Shown: positions 48,176-58,527, numbered from the stretch's first letter. The stretch: 64,000 nucleotides of DNA from an uncultured Alphaproteobacteria bacterium (GCA_944389385.1 CALXMC010000002.1:15353-79352), one strand, 5' to 3'. Made by a program: numbers and translations. Notes: generated by a model not told the origin, from the letters alone.

Positions 48176-49009
48176 ATGACTTGGACAATCTTGATTCTGG
48201 TCGTTGGTATCCTGTTGTTCTTGTTTGGTGGCTTGATGTTACCCAAGGGCGACGAGAAAAAACCTTCTGCTGGAAAAATCGTTGCAAAAAAATGTATTTC
48301 TTTGATTGCAATCATCTTGATTTCGGGCAGTATGTGCCGTCTGTACATGCCGTATTACTTGACTGCGGTTAATCCTGCTATCGTTCAGGAAATGATTACC
48401 AGTATGCAGGAACAGCAGCAGGCTGAAAAGAATAAACAGATTCGCAAGTTCGTTCGTGAACAGGGCGATTCTATGATGCGCGATGCACCTGTTTTGGGTA
48501 ACCGCAAAGATGCCAAGAAAACGATTTATGTTTGGACAGACTTCTCTTGCCCATACTGCCGTCGTGTTCATGGTGAATTGGATCGTGTAATTGCGGGTCG
48601 TGATGACGTTCGCGTGGTTGTTAAAAACTTCTCGATTCATGGACCATTATCTGATGCACCGGCCAAGGCTGTGATTGCTGCGAATTTGCAGGATCCTGAA
48701 AAAGCCGCGCAGTTGACAGATATGTTGATGACTCGCGAATTTTACACCCAGGACGATTTGAAAGATCAGTCCAAGATCGGTGAAAAAGTAGAAGCCAATG
48801 TTATGAAAATGGCCGCAGAAGTTGGTCTGGATACAGAAAAGTTGGCGGAAGATATGAAAGGCGATGTTGTCGCACGTGAATTAAGAAATGTTCGTGATTT
48901 GGCACAACGTTTCGAAATTTCTGGTACGCCGTTCTTGATTATCGGTGATCAGGCATTCCCAGGTGCCATCCCGGCAGATCAAATCGAATCGGCATTGGAT
49001 GCTGAATAA
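48176..49009 (+). CDS. DsbA/Com1-like thiol:disulfide oxidoreductase, membrane anchored
   Basis: PVLGN, TDFSCPYCRR (CPYC), ISGTPFLIIG, PGAI. Confidence 0.9.
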   Translation: MTWTILILVVGILLFLFGGLMLPKGDEKKPSAGKIVAKKCISLIAIILISGSMCRLYMPYYLTAVNPAIVQEMITSMQEQQQAEKNKQIRKFVREQGDSMMRDAPVLGNRKDAKKTIYVWTDFSCPYCRRVHGELDRVIAGRDDVRVVVKNFSIHGPLSDAPAKAVIAANLQDPEKAAQLTDMLMTREFYTQDDLKDQSKIGEKVEANVMKMAAEVGLDTEKLAEDMKGDVVARELRNVRDLAQRFEISGTPFLIIGDQAFPGAIPADQIESALDAE

Positions 49010-49047
49010 AAAAATCGCCCGAATGGGCGATTTTTTTTGTTTTTTTA

Positions 49048-50148
49048 TTATGCAACCTTTTTCATATCGCGTTTAACGTCGCGCACATATTTTCTTAATT
49101 CGTCAATCGGCACCAATGAACCATCGCGTTTTTCGGCCGACCAATAATCCCACCCATTAAAACTGACCGTGTGTTGTAATCTGGCGGCCATAACGTGGAT
49201 GGATGCTTTGCCATACAGGGTATGTGTTAATTGGCCGTCGTGCGTAATCATTACGCGATCGCCGTGTGGACCGACCAATGTTTGACCGACGTATAACAAT
49301 CCTGCATCCAATAATTCGCGGAATGCAACGCGAATTTCGGCGCGTTTTGGGGTTTTAACCTCTATATCCGATAAATCGATTGGGGTAACCGCATTTACAC
49401 GTTCGCGTGCAGCCGCGACGTACGATTCTTCGCGTTCTATGCCGATAAAGTTGCGTCCCAATTCGCGTGCGGCGGCGGCGGTTGTGCCACTGCCCAAAAA
49501 TGGATCCAAAATAATATCGCCGGCATTTGTTGATGCCAAAATAACACGACGTAATAAATCCAATGGTTTTTGTGTGTTGTGCAGACTTTTACCATCGGCG
49601 CCCTTGATACGTTCTTCGCCCAGGCAGATGTTTATATTCCAATCCGACCGCATTTGTTTGCCGCCGTTTAATTTTTTCATGGTTTCATAGTTAAACGTAT
49701 ATTTGCCGGTCTTGCGGGGCGTTGCCCATATCAGCGTTTCGTGGGCGTTTGTAAATCGTGTGCCGCGGAAATTCGGCATAGGATTTGTTTTTACCCATAC
49801 GATATCGTTTAATATCCAAAAACCCAAATCCTGTAAAATTGCGCCAACGCGGAAAATGTTATGATAACTGCCGATTACCCACATGGCGCCGTCTGGTTTT
49901 AATACGCGTTTGCATTCAGTCAGCCATGCGCGTGTGAAATCATCGTACGCCGCCGGACTGTCGAATGCGTCCCATGCGTCGCGAACGGCGCGGGCCGCAG
50001 TTTGATCTTCGGGGCGGTACAAAGTTTTTGCACCCAATTGCAGATTATATGGCGCGTCGGCAAACACCGCGTCCACGGATGCGTCCGGGATGTTACGCAT
50101 GACTTCAACACAGTCGCCGGTTAAAATCTGATTCAGGTATTTTTCCAT
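49048..50148 (-). CDS. ccrM: CcrM-family (beta class) DNA adenine methyltransferase
   Basis: FADAPYNLQL, WVIGSYHNIFRVG, GFWILNDIVWVKTNPMPNFRGTRFTNAHETLIWA, QMRSDW, TQKP, ILDPFLGSGTT, C-terminal SIH..NGW domain. Confidence 0.88.
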   Translation of the reverse strand: MEKYLNQILTGDCVEVMRNIPDASVDAVFADAPYNLQLGAKTLYRPEDQTAARAVRDAWDAFDSPAAYDDFTRAWLTECKRVLKPDGAMWVIGSYHNIFRVGAILQDLGFWILNDIVWVKTNPMPNFRGTRFTNAHETLIWATPRKTGKYTFNYETMKKLNGGKQMRSDWNINICLGEERIKGADGKSLHNTQKPLDLLRRVILASTNAGDIILDPFLGSGTTAAAARELGRNFIGIEREESYVAAARERVNAVTPIDLSDIEVKTPKRAEIRVAFRELLDAGLLYVGQTLVGPHGDRVMITHDGQLTHTLYGKASIHVMAARLQHTVSFNGWDYWSAEKRDGSLVPIDELRKYVRDVKRDMKKVA

Positions 50149-50329
50149 CTCTCTCGGGTTTCGTCTTGTATTCCATTTTATCATATTTTAGGGTCGTAAA
50201 AAAGCCGGGCAGGGTGGGACGGGGTAAAATAAAGTTCTTGATTTTTATAAAAAATGCGTTTTTTGCCCGGATTTGTGGCAATTAAATTCTGCTTTACAGG
50301 TGGGGATTTGATTGCTACCGTATATGGGT

Positions 50330-50830
50330 ATGAGATGTCCATATTGTAATTCAACCGACAGCCGGGTGACTGATTCACGCCCAGATACCGAAGACGCAAT
50401 TATTCGGCGTCGTCGTGTATGCAACCAATGTGGCGCGAAATTTACAACCGTTGAACGCGTGCAGATGCGCGATTTAATGGTGCGTAAAAACAGCGGAAAG
50501 TTGGAGCCCTTTGATCGCGAAAAATTGCGCCGCAGTATTAAATTGGCGTGCCGTAATCGCGATGTCGGGGACGAGCAAATTGAAAAACTGGTAACGTCGA
50601 TACATCGGCGTTTGGAAACAGAAACCGCCGACGATACGGTGACAAGTGTCGCCGTCGGTCAGATGGTGTCAGATTCTTTGTTGAATCTGGATCCGATTGC
50701 GTTTGTGCGTTTTGTATCTGTGTATCGTAAATTTTCGCGCATTTCGGATTTCAAAAAAATCATAGAACAAATACCCGAGGCGGACGAGGGCGCTGCGGTT
50801 TGCCAGTTGCCGAAAACAACTTTGTTCTGA
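50330..50830 (+). CDS. nrdR: Transcriptional repressor NrdR
   Basis: MRCPYC..V.DSR..IRRRRVCNQCG.KFTTVE, ATP cone, AFVRFVSVY. Confidence 0.95.
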   Translation: MRCPYCNSTDSRVTDSRPDTEDAIIRRRRVCNQCGAKFTTVERVQMRDLMVRKNSGKLEPFDREKLRRSIKLACRNRDVGDEQIEKLVTSIHRRLETETADDTVTSVAVGQMVSDSLLNLDPIAFVRFVSVYRKFSRISDFKKIIEQIPEADEGAAVCQLPKTTLF

Positions 50831-50845
50831 CGCAGATAAAAAATC

Positions 50846-52576
50846 ATGAAAAAAATATTCACTTTTTTAATAGCAATATTCTTGCCGTTTGCGGCGGTGG
50901 CGTCTGATTTGCCGGATATAGATGTGTTGTCTGATGCCGACGCCAGTTTATATACACAAATATTTATGTTGCAGCGCGAAGAAGAAATCAGCGCAGCCCA
51001 GAAATTACAAAAACAATTAAACGACCCACTGCTGATAAACGAAGTTTTATATCAGCGTTTCTTTTCAAAAACTTATCGTACCCGTGGCCGGGAAATCGTC
51101 GATTGGATGAATAAATACTATGATATGCCCGGGGCGGAACGCATGGTTAAATTGGCCAAAATAAAGCAGGCCAATGTGCGCAAAGCATACATCCCACGCA
51201 GTATCAGTGGGGGCGTGTCAATTGAAACGCCCCAGTCCGAGACATGGACCGAAAAAAAATACACTGGCGATACCAATACCAAAATCAACAAATTCAAACG
51301 AGCAATTCGCAGTGGTGCAACCAAAACAGCGCGTTTAATATTGGAAGATTCATCGTTCAAACATAAATTAACCGAATCGGATTATGGACGTTTGGCGGGA
51401 CGTTTGTCGTTCATATATTATACAAATGGTGAATTTGAATTGGCCAAAAAATGGGGATTTGTGGCGTCTGATGCGAAATCTGAATATGGTTTATGGGCAA
51501 TGGGGTTGCTGTATTTCAAAGAAGAAAAATTTGATGAAAGTGAAAAATATTTCAGCGCAATATTGGATTTGCCCCAGATAAATAATGCGCGCAAGACCGA
51601 GGCTGCTTTTTGGGCGGGCCGGGCGGCCGATTCGAATGGCCGACGCAGTGCTGCAAAAAAATATTGGAAAATTGCGGCTGCACATCCCATGGCTTTTTAT
51701 GGGGCTTTGTCGTCCGTCATGTTGGGGCGTACACCACGATATGAATTTTTTGAACAAGATTGTACAGATGAAGATGTGGATACTTTGCGTGAGACAAAGT
51801 ATGGGAAAATTGCGCTGGGGCTGTTGCAGGTCGGACAAAAGGACAGGGCGGAATTGTATTTGAAATATATGATTACGTCCAAAGTAACCGATCGCACTTT
51901 GCATGCGATAAATTCAATCGCGACTGCATACGGTTTGCCGCGTGTGTCCATCCAGGCGTCCAGTTTAATCCAAGATCGTGGAATTTTAGAGATAGATGAC
52001 AATATTATTTATTCTGCACAATATCCTTTGCCGGATTGGGAGCCTATGGGTGGTTGGTCGATTGACCGTGCATTGTTGTTGGCGATTACAAAGCAAGAAT
52101 CTGGGTTCCGGGCAAATGCTAAATCAGGGGCGGGGGCAAATGGGGTAATGCAGATTATGCCCAGTACCGCCAAACGCGTCGCGCGTGAAAACAAGGTTGA
52201 TATGTCGGATATAGATATGTTGAATCCTGAACATAATATGTTTTTGGGACAACAATACATCGTCGATTTGTTGGCGCATCCAAATATTAACAATAATATT
52301 ATAAAAATGTTGGCGGCGTATAATGCAGGAATGGGCAATTTGGTTCAATTTGAAAAGATGTTTCAAACTTATGACCCGTTGTTGTATATCGAAAGTTTTC
52401 CTGCGTATGAAACGCGTGCATATATCAAACGCGTGATGGCCAATATGTGGCTGTATCGGGCGCGATTGGATCAGCCACTTACGACTATGCGTGATTTGGC
52501 GGATGGAGAATGGCCGCTGTATAACAGTGAAGACGAATATGTCCAACAACAAATTGCCAATCGTATGGCGATTTAG
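50846..52576 (+). CDS. Soluble lytic murein transglycosylase (Slt70-like)
   Basis: Signal peptide, helical repeats, AITKQESGF, GANGVMQIMPSTA, AAYNAG, ETRAYIKRV. Confidence 0.9.
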   Translation: MKKIFTFLIAIFLPFAAVASDLPDIDVLSDADASLYTQIFMLQREEEISAAQKLQKQLNDPLLINEVLYQRFFSKTYRTRGREIVDWMNKYYDMPGAERMVKLAKIKQANVRKAYIPRSISGGVSIETPQSETWTEKKYTGDTNTKINKFKRAIRSGATKTARLILEDSSFKHKLTESDYGRLAGRLSFIYYTNGEFELAKKWGFVASDAKSEYGLWAMGLLYFKEEKFDESEKYFSAILDLPQINNARKTEAAFWAGRAADSNGRRSAAKKYWKIAAAHPMAFYGALSSVMLGRTPRYEFFEQDCTDEDVDTLRETKYGKIALGLLQVGQKDRAELYLKYMITSKVTDRTLHAINSIATAYGLPRVSIQASSLIQDRGILEIDDNIIYSAQYPLPDWEPMGGWSIDRALLLAITKQESGFRANAKSGAGANGVMQIMPSTAKRVARENKVDMSDIDMLNPEHNMFLGQQYIVDLLAHPNINNNIIKMLAAYNAGMGNLVQFEKMFQTYDPLLYIESFPAYETRAYIKRVMANMWLYRARLDQPLTTMRDLADGEWPLYNSEDEYVQQQIANRMAI

Positions 52577-52589
52577 TGTCAAATAATAT

Positions 52590-52961
52590 TTATGAATTAT
52601 CCAGCTGCCATTCTGTTAATTCTGGAATAATCGCAGATTTTTCTGTGTTATCCAAAATGACAGAGTTTTGAATTTTATCTATCAATTTCAGCATATCTGC
52701 ATATTTTAACTTGCCAACTTTTCTAATAATTTTATTTGTTGGAATTTTGTATACAGCAGAACAGCACACGAATCTGTCTTGACCTTTTAAAAAATCATAA
52801 TCTGCGGCAGAAATCATAAAATCATCATACATTGTGCGATGTTGTGTGTTGATAACAAAAAATTTATTTTGGCTTGCTGCGATACATACACAATGTTTCG
52901 TGTCCCGATGTTCTATCTGGCCTCCTACGTCCATAATAAAAATATCGGCGATTTCTAACAT
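52590..52961 (-). CDS. Putative toxin (possible PemK/MazF-like fold), coupled to a Panacea antitoxin
   Basis: 123 aa; start overlaps the stop of the upstream gene; KHCVCI..FFVINT..DFL..DRFVCCS..VGKL pattern. Confidence 0.55.
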   Translation of the reverse strand: MLEIADIFIMDVGGQIEHRDTKHCVCIAASQNKFFVINTQHRTMYDDFMISAADYDFLKGQDRFVCCSAVYKIPTNKIIRKVGKLKYADMLKLIDKIQNSVILDNTEKSAIIPELTEWQLDNS

Positions 52962-53518
52962 TACAATACCATATCTTTTGCCAATATCGCCAAATCTTCA
53001 CGCAGCCAATCTTCTTCTATCATATCTTCAAAAGGGATTGGCGCGCATTCGTTGTCGCCACGTTTGGCATAATTTTTTTCCCATGCGGGTTCTTTATGAT
53101 TCTTTTTCATAACTGCGCTGAAAGACAGCCCCGCATATTCATTCAAACCATGCTTTAATGCTAAAATATCTGACGCAGATAAATAATCCAATACAGGGTC
53201 GCGCTCTGCTATTAATGAATTACCATCTTTATAAAATCCAAGCCCTTGTTTTTTTAATTTAACAGCATCATATAGCCAACTGGGCACAGTTCCGAATTCC
53301 ATGGCCATATACTTGTCACCTGTAATAGGGCGTCCGTATGTATTCAAATGATATTTTTCCGCATCAAACAATATTTTCCAAATATTATACATATTGGATT
53401 CGCCGTTTTTGATAATCCAAATAACGGCTTCTATCGCTTTTTGTGGATTTTTATTAAATACAATTGGCATTTTATCACCAGCAGTTTTTAGAGTTTTATA
53501 TCCCTTACTCGCCCCCAT
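52961..53518 (-). CDS. Panacea (DUF4065/SocA) domain antitoxin
   Basis: KAIEAVIWI..KILFDAEKYHLNTYGRPITGDKYMAMEFGTVPS..H.EPAW. Confidence 0.8.
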   Translation of the reverse strand: MGASKGYKTLKTAGDKMPIVFNKNPQKAIEAVIWIIKNGESNMYNIWKILFDAEKYHLNTYGRPITGDKYMAMEFGTVPSWLYDAVKLKKQGLGFYKDGNSLIAERDPVLDYLSASDILALKHGLNEYAGLSFSAVMKKNHKEPAWEKNYAKRGDNECAPIPFEDMIEEDWLREDLAILAKDMVL

Positions 53519-53692
53519 TATACCATAATCTGTACAAAAAGTCCATTGATTTTACAAAAAATATTTTTTGTCAGAAACTTTTGTATTTATTTTTATACCG
53601 TTTTGATTAGAATAACGGCAGAGATACATCATATTATTTAATTTCTTGGGGATGTATATAAATAAAAATACAAGTTGGTGGATTTTATCACT

Positions 53693-54319
53693 ATGAAAAC
53701 AATGCCCACATTTGATATTGAAAACGGGACTGGATTTGACATGGTCGCCGGTGTGGACGAGGCCGGTCGTGGCCCGCTGTGCGGGCCCGTGGTTGCGGCG
53801 GCAGTTATTTTTCCGCGACGCGATATTGACATTCCTGTTGTAATTCGCGATTCCAAGCAAATGACTGCGCATGCGCGCGCGGTGGCGTACGATTGGATAA
53901 CGCAAAATACAATTTGGGCGGTGGCACAATGCAGCCCGGCCGAGATAGACGAATTAAACATTTTACATGCGTCTTTGTTGGCGATGTCGCGTGCAGTTGA
54001 AAAATTAAGTTGCGCACCCCAGTTTTGCTTGATTGACGGGAACAAGTTGCCGCCGAATTTGATTGGCACGGCCGTGGTTCGTGGGGATGCAAAATCATTG
54101 TCTATTGCGGCTGCGTCCATTATTGCAAAGCAAACACGTGATAAAATTATGGATGATTTGGCGGCGATGTATCCGATGTATGCGTGGAATAAAAATGCGG
54201 GATATCCGACGGCTGAACATTTGCGCGCAATTGAAAAATATGGTATAAACGAGCATTATCGTAAAAGTTACAAACCAGTCAAGGAAAGGATAAATAAAGA
54301 TGAATTTACGCACGATTGA
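53693..54319 (+). CDS. rnhB: Ribonuclease HII
   Basis: AGVDEAGRGPLCGPVVAAAV, DSK, LIDGN, SIAAASIIAK, GYPT..H. Confidence 0.96.
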   Translation: MKTMPTFDIENGTGFDMVAGVDEAGRGPLCGPVVAAAVIFPRRDIDIPVVIRDSKQMTAHARAVAYDWITQNTIWAVAQCSPAEIDELNILHASLLAMSRAVEKLSCAPQFCLIDGNKLPPNLIGTAVVRGDAKSLSIAAASIIAKQTRDKIMDDLAAMYPMYAWNKNAGYPTAEHLRAIEKYGINEHYRKSYKPVKERINKDEFTHD

Positions 54320-55466
54320 AAATCTGGATGTACGCGGGAAATATGTTTTACTGCGTGATGATTTTAATGTTCAAATTGTGGATGGGCATATTACAGACGT
54401 GTTCAGAATTGAACAAAGTATGCCGACGATTAACGCACTGCGGGCGGGTGGGGCACGTATTGCGATTTGTGCGCATCTGGGGCGGCCAAAAGGTGCGCGT
54501 AATATGGAATACAGCCTGGCACCGATTGCAGAATATATGAAAATTCCACTGGTTGCAGATTGTTTGGACAAAGATTTTATGAAAAACATGCGTGATGGTG
54601 ATGTGGTTTTGTTGGAAAATGTGCGCTTTTATCCGGGTGAAGAAAAAAACGACCCCGATTTTTCGCGCAGTTTGGCCGATGGATTTGATGTTTTTGTAAA
54701 TGATGCGTTTGCGGTTTCGCATCGCGCGCATGCCAGTACCGTTGGTGTTGCCAAAATTTTGCCGTCCTATGCGGGGTTGTTGTTGGCGTCTGAAATTGAA
54801 AATTTAACCAACGTCATGGAAAATCCCGCGCGTCCTTTGTTGGCAATTGTCGGCGGCAGCAAAGTTTCCACAAAAATCGGTGTGCTGCGCGCGTTGGCGA
54901 AATTGGCAGATACGCTGATTATTGGGGGCGCGTTGGGGACTACGTTTAATTATGCGACTGGTGGGCGCGTTGGAAATTCGTTGTACGAGCCCGACCAAAA
55001 GCAAAATGCGCTGGATATTTTGGAATATGCCAAGCAAAATAATTGCAGGGTGTTGTTGCCGCTGGACAAAGGCGTGGCCAAAGAATTTACAGCCGCCGCC
55101 GCGCGTACAAACAAAGATTTTACCGAGATTATGGACGACGATGTGATTATTGACGCAGGCGTTGCGACGACTGAACGGGATGTGTCCGAAATTCGTGATG
55201 CTGCGACCGTTATATGGAATGGAACGGTTGGAATGGCTGAATGGCAACCGACTTGGTCATACGGTTCGTTTGCAATTGCGCAGGCAATCGCCGAACAAAC
55301 GCGTGCCGGTAAATTGGTAAGTGTTGTTGGTGGTGGCGATACAGTTGCCGCTTTGCAGGCATGTGGTGTCAAAGACGATATTACGTATGTTTCCACCGGT
55401 GGCGGCGCATTTTTGGAATTTATCGAGGGACTTGATTTGCCGGGTATTGCCGTTTTACGCGGGTAA
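54300..55466 (+). CDS. pgk: Phosphoglycerate kinase
   Basis: DFNV, AHLGRPKG, LLENVRF, NDAFAVSHRAHAS, GGSKVSTKI, GGGDT, VSTGGGAFLE. Confidence 0.97.
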   Translation: MNLRTIENLDVRGKYVLLRDDFNVQIVDGHITDVFRIEQSMPTINALRAGGARIAICAHLGRPKGARNMEYSLAPIAEYMKIPLVADCLDKDFMKNMRDGDVVLLENVRFYPGEEKNDPDFSRSLADGFDVFVNDAFAVSHRAHASTVGVAKILPSYAGLLLASEIENLTNVMENPARPLLAIVGGSKVSTKIGVLRALAKLADTLIIGGALGTTFNYATGGRVGNSLYEPDQKQNALDILEYAKQNNCRVLLPLDKGVAKEFTAAAARTNKDFTEIMDDDVIIDAGVATTERDVSEIRDAATVIWNGTVGMAEWQPTWSYGSFAIAQAIAEQTRAGKLVSVVGGGDTVAALQACGVKDDITYVSTGGGAFLEFIEGLDLPGIAVLRG

Positions 55467-55574
55467 CTGGGCGGGTTGTATTTTTTGTGGCGCGCGCTAT
55501 ATATATCATAAATTCGCGAATCGGGTTTTTGTGTGATATAGTTTTATGTGTAAAAAAAGTAAGGATTTATAAAG

Positions 55575-56156
55575 ATGGCTTTGATACCTGTTGTAATCGA
55601 AGAATCGCCCCGTGGGGAACGTTCTTTTGATATTTTTTCGCGTCTGTTGCGCGATCGAATTGTTATGATTAACGGGCAAATTGAACCAAATATGGCAAAT
55701 ACGGTTGTGGCCCAGTTATTGTTTTTGGAATCTGAAAATCCAAATGCCCAGATTTCTTTATATATAAATTCGCCGGGTGGTGATGTGTCCGCAGGATGGG
55801 CAATTATGGATACTATGCAGTATATTAAATCGCCTGTTTCAACCATTGGTATGGGATTGGTGGCGTCGATGGGTTCGGTTCTGTTGGCGGCCGGTGAAAA
55901 GGGAAAACGTTTCGTTTTGCCAAATACTCAAATCATGATACATCAACCGTTGGCTGGGGCAGAAGGTCAAATTACTGATATGGAAATTCGTATGGCTCAA
56001 TATCAGAAAAATAAGAAAACCTTGATTAAACAAATGTCTGAATTTACAGGGCGTAAAGAAAAAGAATTGTTCGACGCGATGGAACGCGACAATTGGATGA
56101 GTCCGGATGAAGCCAAAGATTTTGGACTTATTGACGGTGTGTTAAAACGTAAATAA
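55575..56156 (+). CDS. clpP: ATP-dependent Clp protease proteolytic subunit
   Basis: DIFSRLLRDRI, YINSPGG, ASMG, MIHQP, MERD. Confidence 0.97.
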   Translation: MALIPVVIEESPRGERSFDIFSRLLRDRIVMINGQIEPNMANTVVAQLLFLESENPNAQISLYINSPGGDVSAGWAIMDTMQYIKSPVSTIGMGLVASMGSVLLAAGEKGKRFVLPNTQIMIHQPLAGAEGQITDMEIRMAQYQKNKKTLIKQMSEFTGRKEKELFDAMERDNWMSPDEAKDFGLIDGVLKRK

Positions 56157-56183
56157 TTTTTTCGTATTTGGGGGATTGGGAAT

Positions 56184-57464
56184 ATGAGTGACGATAAAAT
56201 TAAATCGGGTGAAACAGACAGCGCAACTGAAAATACACCACCGCAGTTTTGCAGTTTCTGTGGCAAGGCTGTGTATGAAGTGAAAAAATTGGTCAGTGGT
56301 CGCAATGTGTGTATTTGCGACGAATGTATTAACCTGTGCAATGACATTATGGCCGATGATATGCGTAATGAAGTCGGGCATGATATGAATAAATTGCCAA
56401 CACCGCGCCAGATTTATAATTTCTTGAACGAATATATCGTGGGTCAGGATAACGCCAAACGCACATTGTCGGTTGCTGTATATAATCATTACAAGCGTCA
56501 CAGTGTGGCTCAAAATACCAAGGTCGAAATTCAAAAATCAAACGTGTTGCTGATTGGACCGACAGGTACGGGCAAGACTTTGTTTGCGCAAACGTTGGCA
56601 CGGATTTTGGATGTGCCGTTCGCAATCGCAGACGCCACCACTTTGACCGAGGCTGGATATGTCGGCGACGATGTGGAAAGCGTTTTGACGCGGTTGTTGC
56701 AAAATGCAAATTTTGATGTTGAACGTGCGGGGCGCGGTATTATCTATATCGACGAAATCGATAAAATTGCGCGCAAGTCTGAAAACCCGTCGCTGACGCG
56801 TGATGTGTCCGGCGAAGGGGTGCAACAGGCTTTGTTGAAACTGGTCGAGGGCACAGTTGCAAATGTGCCGGCCGGCGGGGCAGGGCGCAAGCACCCGGGC
56901 GAGGCCACTGTGCAACTGGATACGTCCAAGATTTTGTTTATATGCGGTGGGGCGTTCGATGGGTTAAATAAAATCATTGGCGCACGTACCAATGAACGCG
57001 CCGGCATCGGATTCGGTGCACATGTAGAATCCAAGAAAGAACGGGATGCGAAAAATCACCTGGACGATGTGCAGCCCGAAGATTTGGTGAAGTTCGGTAT
57101 TATTCCTGAATTGGTTGGGCGTTTGCCGATTGTGACGACTTTGCAGGATTTGGACGAAGATGCGTTGGTGAAAATTTTGACTGAACCGAAAAATGCAATT
57201 GTTAAGCAATATGCGGCTATGTTGGAAATGGACGGCGTGAAATTGACAATAACCGATGATGGGTTGCGGGCGATTGCAAAACGTGCGGTCGAACGTAAAA
57301 CTGGCGCGCGCGGATTGCGCAGTATTTTGGAAAAAATATTATTGGAACCTATGTTCGAAGCGCCCGAGAAAGAAGATTTGGCCGAAATCGTAATTGACAA
57401 AGATGTTGTCGCCGGTAAAAAGCCACCTGTGGAAATACTGCGCGACGCGAAAAAGGTTGCGTAA
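56184..57464 (+). CDS. clpX: ATP-dependent Clp protease ATPase subunit
   Basis: CSFCGK zinc finger, [42 protein letters not shown] loop. Confidence 0.97.
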   Translation: MSDDKIKSGETDSATENTPPQFCSFCGKAVYEVKKLVSGRNVCICDECINLCNDIMADDMRNEVGHDMNKLPTPRQIYNFLNEYIVGQDNAKRTLSVAVYNHYKRHSVAQNTKVEIQKSNVLLIGPTGTGKTLFAQTLARILDVPFAIADATTLTEAGYVGDDVESVLTRLLQNANFDVERAGRGIIYIDEIDKIARKSENPSLTRDVSGEGVQQALLKLVEGTVANVPAGGAGRKHPGEATVQLDTSKILFICGGAFDGLNKIIGARTNERAGIGFGAHVESKKERDAKNHLDDVQPEDLVKFGIIPELVGRLPIVTTLQDLDEDALVKILTEPKNAIVKQYAAMLEMDGVKLTITDDGLRAIAKRAVERKTGARGLRSILEKILLEPMFEAPEKEDLAEIVIDKDVVAGKKPPVEILRDAKKVA

Positions 57465-57488
57465 AAACGGGGCGGATGCCCCGTTTTT
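57463..57488. terminator. Intrinsic terminator
   Basis: aaaaacggggc-ggat-gccccgttttt. Confidence 0.8.
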
Positions 57489-58375
57489 GTTACTCGTGCC
57501 ACCCTTTGCCAAGGCTTCGGGTGACAATTCCCCACCCCCCGTCGCGCGGGACGCGGGGCGGTGGGTATTCATACGACCGATGCGACGAATTATTGTAATT
57601 CTTTCCACTCTTGGGCGGTGGCATTAGACCACCCCGGCACTTCGTGCCACCCCTCCGCAGAGAGGGGAACTTAGACCGCAACAAGACGAGAGATAGCAGC
57701 CATATTCTGCCATAGAGGGGAACTTTATTCCGCGACGGGATGGGAGTAGCCCCATCCGTCGTAAAGGGGAACCCGGACTGCGGCGGGAACGCACCAAGTT
57801 CCCCTCCATTGGAGGGGTGGGCGAAGCCCGGGGTGGTTAGAGAGTACGGAATTATCCACTTAGTCCCCTTTGTCATTCCCGCGCCCGGGGTTCCCGCAAA
57901 TACGAATATGTTTGTGGGGTGGATAAGGCGGGAATAGGGCTTGGGTTGTTAATAATTATTTAATTTTGGGAATAATTCAGCGTTATATTTTTTATTCACC
58001 CGCAATCCGCGATATGAATTTAATAGACCCTATTCCCGCCTGCGCGGGAATGACAAGAGTGGTGCGGGCTTGAGCACTTAGTCCCCTTTGTCATCGCGAG
58101 GGAGTGAAACGACCGTGGCGATCCAGTAAATAAAAAAGCACTGCGGGCGAATGCCCGCAGACATATTGCACTGGATTGCCACAGTCGTACGACAACGTTT
58201 TCAACGTTGATCGTACTCCTTCGCAATGACAGCGGTGGGGGTACTTGTTACTCGTAACTCTTGATAAACCACCCTTCGCCAGGGCTTCGGGCGATAAGCC
58301 CCCCCGTCGCACTAAGTGCGACACCCCCCGCCCCAGAATCCACCCACGCAACCTTTGTTTGCGTGGGGCCCGATA
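57489..58375. repeat. Composite palindromic repeat cluster 6 (largest)
   Basis: All modules present, including gtcattcccgcgc...gcgggaat / attcccgcctgcgcgggaatgac (57872-58054) and an inverted copy of the 348-487 element (58090-58230). Confidence 0.9.
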
Positions 58376-58442
58376 CTGGTCGGACTCTTCTCGTCCGACA
58401 CAGGACCAAAAATAAAACCACCAAAATGGTGGTTTATATTTC

Positions 58443-58527
58443 TGGTGGCCCTGGTCGGACTCGAACCGACACTCCTTGCAGAACTTGATTTTGAGTCAAG
58501 CGCGTCTACCAATTCCGCCACGGGGCC
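58443..58527 (-). tRNA. tRNA-Leu (anticodon CAA)
   Basis: Reverse complement GGCCCCGTGGCGGAATTGGTAGACGCGCTTGACT-CAA-AATCAAGTTCTGCAAGGAGTGTCGGTTCGAGTCCGACCAGGGCCACCA; long variable arm, encoded CCA. Confidence 0.95.

Noticed and set aside
49048-50148. Restriction-modification system
   Set aside because: No adjacent endonuclease; the sequence matches the orphan CcrM type and is flanked by housekeeping genes.
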